Shown one piece after another: positions 59,740 through 64,000 of a DNA stretch of 64,000 nucleotides. A program made the position numbers and the translations under genes. Below the pieces are notes generated by a model. The model had not been told where the DNA came from. It ran no database searches and saw only the letters and a list, made by a program, of their open reading frames with translations. The stretch spans positions 4,836,001 through 4,900,000 of the forward strand of contig CM030332.1 of the NCBI GenBank assembly GCA_017654855.1. The letters run 5' to 3'. The first letter of the stretch is position 1; the number at the start of each line of letters is the position of its first letter. The stretch comes from Podospora anserina. Its lineage: Eukaryota.

Positions 59740-60892
59740 AGAAGAGCCAAACACAATGGTGAAATGTCACAGAGAAGGGGCGGGGGGGTGTTGAGTCGCG
59801 GGTGGCGCCGTGAAAACGGTGTTGTAGTACACTCCAGATGTACGTCGACACCCACATGCCGGTGGAGGAGGCCGTGGTAGAGGAGGCAGGCTCAGCCAGT
59901 CCGAACACTGTAGTATTGAGCCATATTAGTGCGATGTCGTAATCCAGATACCTCATTTTCTCACACGTACGACACAAATCACTTTATCTCTGAACGTTCA
60001 ACCCTCAAGACCACCGCTATATGATCGGCAATTTATGCAGGTGACAAGCAACTGTAGTGTCAGTTCAACAAGAATAGATCTTTCCCTCCCGTTTGTTCTT
60101 GAACGACCATCGACATTCGGTACCGAGACGGCTGGAAAGCCTACGGGACACTTCTCGATTACCCGAGCCTATAGGAGGTCCAAACAGGCGAGATCTGCAA
60201 TAAAAGAAGCTGCGGGCACTTTAGTTGCTTCGAGGAAACCCTTCACACCTTCTGTGCCGCGCCTTGGCTCGGTGAAGCATAGCTATCTTGTTCACTCTTG
60301 GGTTGATCAACCACATTCTGCAACACAACGTCAGCATACGACATATGAACCGATGCTTGAAATCCCATCAGGTCACGGTCTCGGCCCCACTACCAGTCAC
60401 ATCAACTCTGGGGGAGACACTCTCCCAGAGACCAGGGTAGAGGGGTCACCAAGACTTCCAAGACGAAACGTTGTATATCTTTAAAATACTTGATGTATTC
60501 AATCGAAACCAACCGGCGTCTCCGAGAGGGGTTTGTGCATGCTTGAGCAGATGTCGCGTGACAGCTTTCCAAATGCAGAGTTCCCGGATGATGACCCGGC
60601 AGTTGTGGTTGAAGCAATGAGTTATCAAGATAGCCAGGCTAGTAAGCAAGCTGTGGATTTCATGGCTGCCTCTAACTTGTGACAGAAGTCTCGAAGAAAC
60701 TCAAGGATTCAAGGGCCTTTTCCATGTAGTTGACAGCCCCAATCAATGTAGTTCGACTTTTGTGCCGGTTTGATCAAAGTGAAATTGAGATGTCAACCTC
60801 CTAGATACTTCCATTCGCAGTGTTAGACCCCGTCATTACAGATAGTCAACTTATCTCAGTGTGAAAGGCATCTAACCCCCCCTTCCATGATT

Positions 60893-62812
60893 TTAGTTAC
60901 CAAGCTTCTCCGATAGCGAGTTGATGTAGCGGCACCTCTCAAACAGTTTCTCCCTCTTCAGCTGTCTCTTCCTCTCCTTGCAAGACCTGACCTTCATCTC
61001 CCCAACCTGAATGTTGCCCCCATCGATAGGCATCTGCTTTAGATTTCCATCTCTCTGTTCCTTGTGAGCGGTCAGGCGAGTATTTCCTGTTCCCCAAGGC
61101 CCACCAATGACCAAAAGGCTCACGCTTTCAGGTCCATGGACAGGAAATGCCTCTGGCCATCGACCAAGCGTTTCTTCTACCTGCTGCTCGGGCTCGGCCG
61201 GTGATGGCTTGCCAGTGTATGCAAAGTTGATGAAGCTGCCAATAAACGCCCTCGACAACTTTTGGTCCTCATCTGTGATCTTCCCTTCGGGAAAGAGATT
61301 GAAGAGATAGTTCAAGTCGCTCCCATGCGTGGCACCAATGTACGGCATGCCTGCGCCAGCAAACATTGGTGCCAACATGGTCTGGTTGAGTGAGTACAGA
61401 TGAACCCCAGGGTATTCCGGGTCCAACCGCTTGCTTTCCTTGAGCATGTCGCTACCAAAGTCGATGCTGGAACAAGTGAACTGCAGGTCCCTCAGGATCC
61501 GGGCGACTCGGAAGTAATTCACTCCAACCGTAGGATCAGACTCAGCCTTGCGGGCCTCATAGTCGGAAACCTCCTCCGCAAAGTCAGCTTCTGGGTAGAG
61601 TGAGAACAGCTTCTTATAGTCTTCATCGGTCAAGGCATGCGCCACTCCTTGGATGGTGGCTTTCATGTCATCCTCGGTCTGATAGGTAGGCGCGGGAGCG
61701 GTACTCAAGGCGCCGTCATCCTGAGCCCAACCATACACCAATGGAATTCCTTCAGTTCTTGTTAGCTGGTTTTCCACTCTAAATCAAGTAAAGCACACAC
61801 CCTTAACAAAGTTCCCAGATTTGTATAATGTAGTCTGACGATCCGGGATCAAATCATCGTCAACAGAAGGAATGAATGTGAACAGTCCGAGAGGAGGATG
61901 ATTGGCGGACGCATACTCCGCGGCCTTCTCCGTCAACTTCTCCAATGGAACTCCTCTTAAACACTGCAGTAACTCCGAATCATCGGTGCTGGCGCAACCC
62001 AGAGTCTTTGCCACTTCTCGAGTGTGCAATTCAGTGACATCACTTGTCATGTTGAGTCCCGTGCCGGGAGGACCAGACATGCACCAAGCTTGGGTGAACG
62101 GGACGCCTCTTTCTCCCCCATAGGAGGTCAGAAGAAGCGAAGTGAATGTGCCTCCAGCGCTGAGTCCAAAAGAGGTAATCTTGTCGGGATCGCCTCCAAA
62201 TGCTGCAATGTTGTCCTTGACCCATTGGAAACCAGCCAGCTGATCTCGCATGCCCACGTTCATAGACTTTTGGTCTTTGAGAATGGGCAGACGAGCAAAG
62301 CCAAAGATGAGAATGCGGTAGTTGAGAGCCACATAGATGACGGGCTTCTTGAGAGATGTAGCCAGCGTAAGCAAGTTTTCGGGATTGTAGTGAGGGTCGT
62401 ATGCAGACCCCTTGACTACGCCGCCGCCATGAAGATGTACCACGACAGGTAGCTTGTCGTCTGCTGTTGTGCCAGCTGGTCTGGAAATGCGAAGGCTGAG
62501 GCAGTCCTCACTGATGTCCGGTGTATCCGCAAAGAAGGGGGGGACACCTGCTCTGTTCTGAGGGCAAGCCGGCCCCGGCGCTGAAGCGTCCATCTCGCTG
62601 CCTTCAGGGGGCACGTATGGCTGAGGGGGTGCAAACCGACGATGACCAGAGGTATCGTGAGCATACTTGATGTTCTGAAAATGCTCGATGGATCCCGATG
62701 TGGTGCCTCTGTAGGTGATCTTGTTCTTGGCAATGGCCACAATAGGCTCAGCAATAGCAGAAGCCGCAGTCAAGGCCAACAAGGCCGTTTGTAATCTGGT
62801 TAGTAGAGTCAT
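60893..62812 (-). CDS. Secreted type-B carboxylesterase/lipase; exons 62812-61801, 61749-60893
   Basis: Signal peptide, SEDCLSL, HGGG oxyanion motif, FGGDPDKIT, GLSAG nucleophile, WAQDDG and HGSDL. Confidence 0.92.
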
Positions 62813-63794
62813 GGCGTGAGTGAGAGGAGCTGAATCGTGTGCGGGAGGGGCCACAATGGTTCCGGCCAAGAGATGGTAAAAAAAGAACAAAGACGGCCTC
62901 TGTGAAGTAGTTGATTTGGGACTTCAAAAGAAGGCTGGTGTGTGGGGGGTTGAGATGTTGAGAATATGAGTGTGGTGCTACATAGGATACCTACCAGACA
63001 TGAAGCAAATGGTTGAGGTGCGCATGAATAGGTAGGTAGGCCATCGGCAATCACGGCTTGCAGGAACCCTTCTGGCCCTGATGTGGTGTGATATCGGTAC
63101 TGGCTCGTGAACGACGATCAAAAAACAGTGGAAAACATGTTGAGGATGCCGAAGGTGAAGCTGGGATGGTTGTCCAAAGGCAAGGTACTGTGCAGGAAGC
63201 ATGCAGGGGAGCGGGGGCGGAGAAGGACCAAAGCTTCGAAGAATGTTCGACACGAACTGCTATCACGTCCGAGGGTTGCACCTTCCACCAGGTAGGGTCG
63301 CCTCATGCGCACCTCCCTGATCTGCAGGCTGCATTTTGCCAGCCAAAGAGGAAGGGACGATGCCGTCTTAATTATCCCAGCCGCCCCATTGCAACCCATT
63401 CCCCTCCATGACCCAACACCATCACCATCCCGCCTCACCTGGGTAGTTCCCCGAATGGAGACAGCTATTGACCGCGGCGACCTCAGATCTTTACTTGAAC
63501 GACATCTCAAGACCCCCCAAGCCCGAGGCTAGCTATCACTCCCACCCTACCGGGGCAATGATACAGACTTGTCTTTCAGCTGGCTCTGTGATGTAGTATC
63601 TTGAGTATGCCGGTAGTCATATGAGGGACTCGAGAGCTCTGTTTCGAGGGGCTGGAATTATCATAGTCGGTGTCGATGATGCATTTATCTATCCGGCCAT
63701 CTCACCCGTTATTTCCATCTAAATCTACTCAGCATCATCTCTTACCACCTTCCTGAACAGCTCGATCATAACAGCCTCAATTTGAGTTTCCATC

Positions 63795-64000
63795 ATGAAT
63801 GAGGCTCAATATGACAACCCTGCAGCCCTTGTGGCCGGCACAGTGATCATGCAGCTGGTGACCACCGCCTGCATAGGACTGAGATTCTACTCCAGAAGAT
63901 GGAAACGTCAAAGAATCATCACCAGCGACTGGCTTGTCCTCGCCGCTTATGTCTTTGGCACAGGCTTGAGTGTCATGATGCTCTATGGCATCTCCCAAAA
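63795..64000 (+). CDS. PTH11-like (fungal rhodopsin-domain) integral membrane protein, 5' part only, truncated by the window end
   Basis: MNEAQYDNPAALVAGTVIMQLVTTACIGLRFYSRRWKRQRIITSDWLVLAAYVF: TM1-LRFYSR followed by the DW-TM2 signature. Absent from the ORF track because it has no stop codon in the window. Confidence 0.8.
   Translation, partial: MNEAQYDNPAALVAGTVIMQLVTTACIGLRFYSRRWKRQRIITSDWLVLAAYVFGTGLSVMMLYGISQ

Noticed and set aside
59838-59942. 34-codon ORF MYVDTHMPVEEAVVEEAG downstream of the peptide gene
   Set aside because: No signal peptide, no convincing splice link to the precursor, and a length expected by chance.
1-64000. tRNA, 5S rRNA, transposons, CRISPR arrays, and premature TAG stops rescued by A-to-I editing
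   Set aside because: By eye I found no cloverleaf, 5S signature, transposase/RT ORF or spaced repeat array. Apart from the ORC3 frameshift, every stop in the recognised genes was explained by an intron. Small ncRNAs cannot be excluded without Infernal or tRNAscan-SE.

Overview
Gene-dense, intron-containing DNA from a filamentous ascomycete. It is most likely Sordariales, and the AT-hook/HMG mitochondrial gene suggests Podospora (inference, not a database result). Positions 1-56.3 kb are mainly housekeeping genes: DPP3, ZAP1-like, an SVIP-like small protein, PRP5, mtHMG1-like, ERG26, LRG1, a DUF2417-type membrane protein, a tandem-UBC E2, RFC2, BRR2, a PWWP protein, ORC3, SEC66, NPL4 and several hypotheticals. 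After NPL4 the content turns accessory: a UstYa/DUF3328 oxidase gene (two HxxHC motifs, visible only after splicing) sits divergent from a 78-aa secreted, Kex2-site-bearing peptide with a KISYIG motif, followed by a secreted carboxylesterase and a PTH11-like membrane protein. This is the best candidate for an undescribed system, a minimal dikaritin-type RiPP locus. Other notable points are an apparent frameshift in ORC3, a GC-AG intron in LRG1, a 12-nt microexon and repeated C-rich to G-rich skew switches. I recognised no tRNA, rRNA, transposon or CRISPR array. Exon boundaries were derived by hand from GT/AG and branch-site motifs plus frame continuity.
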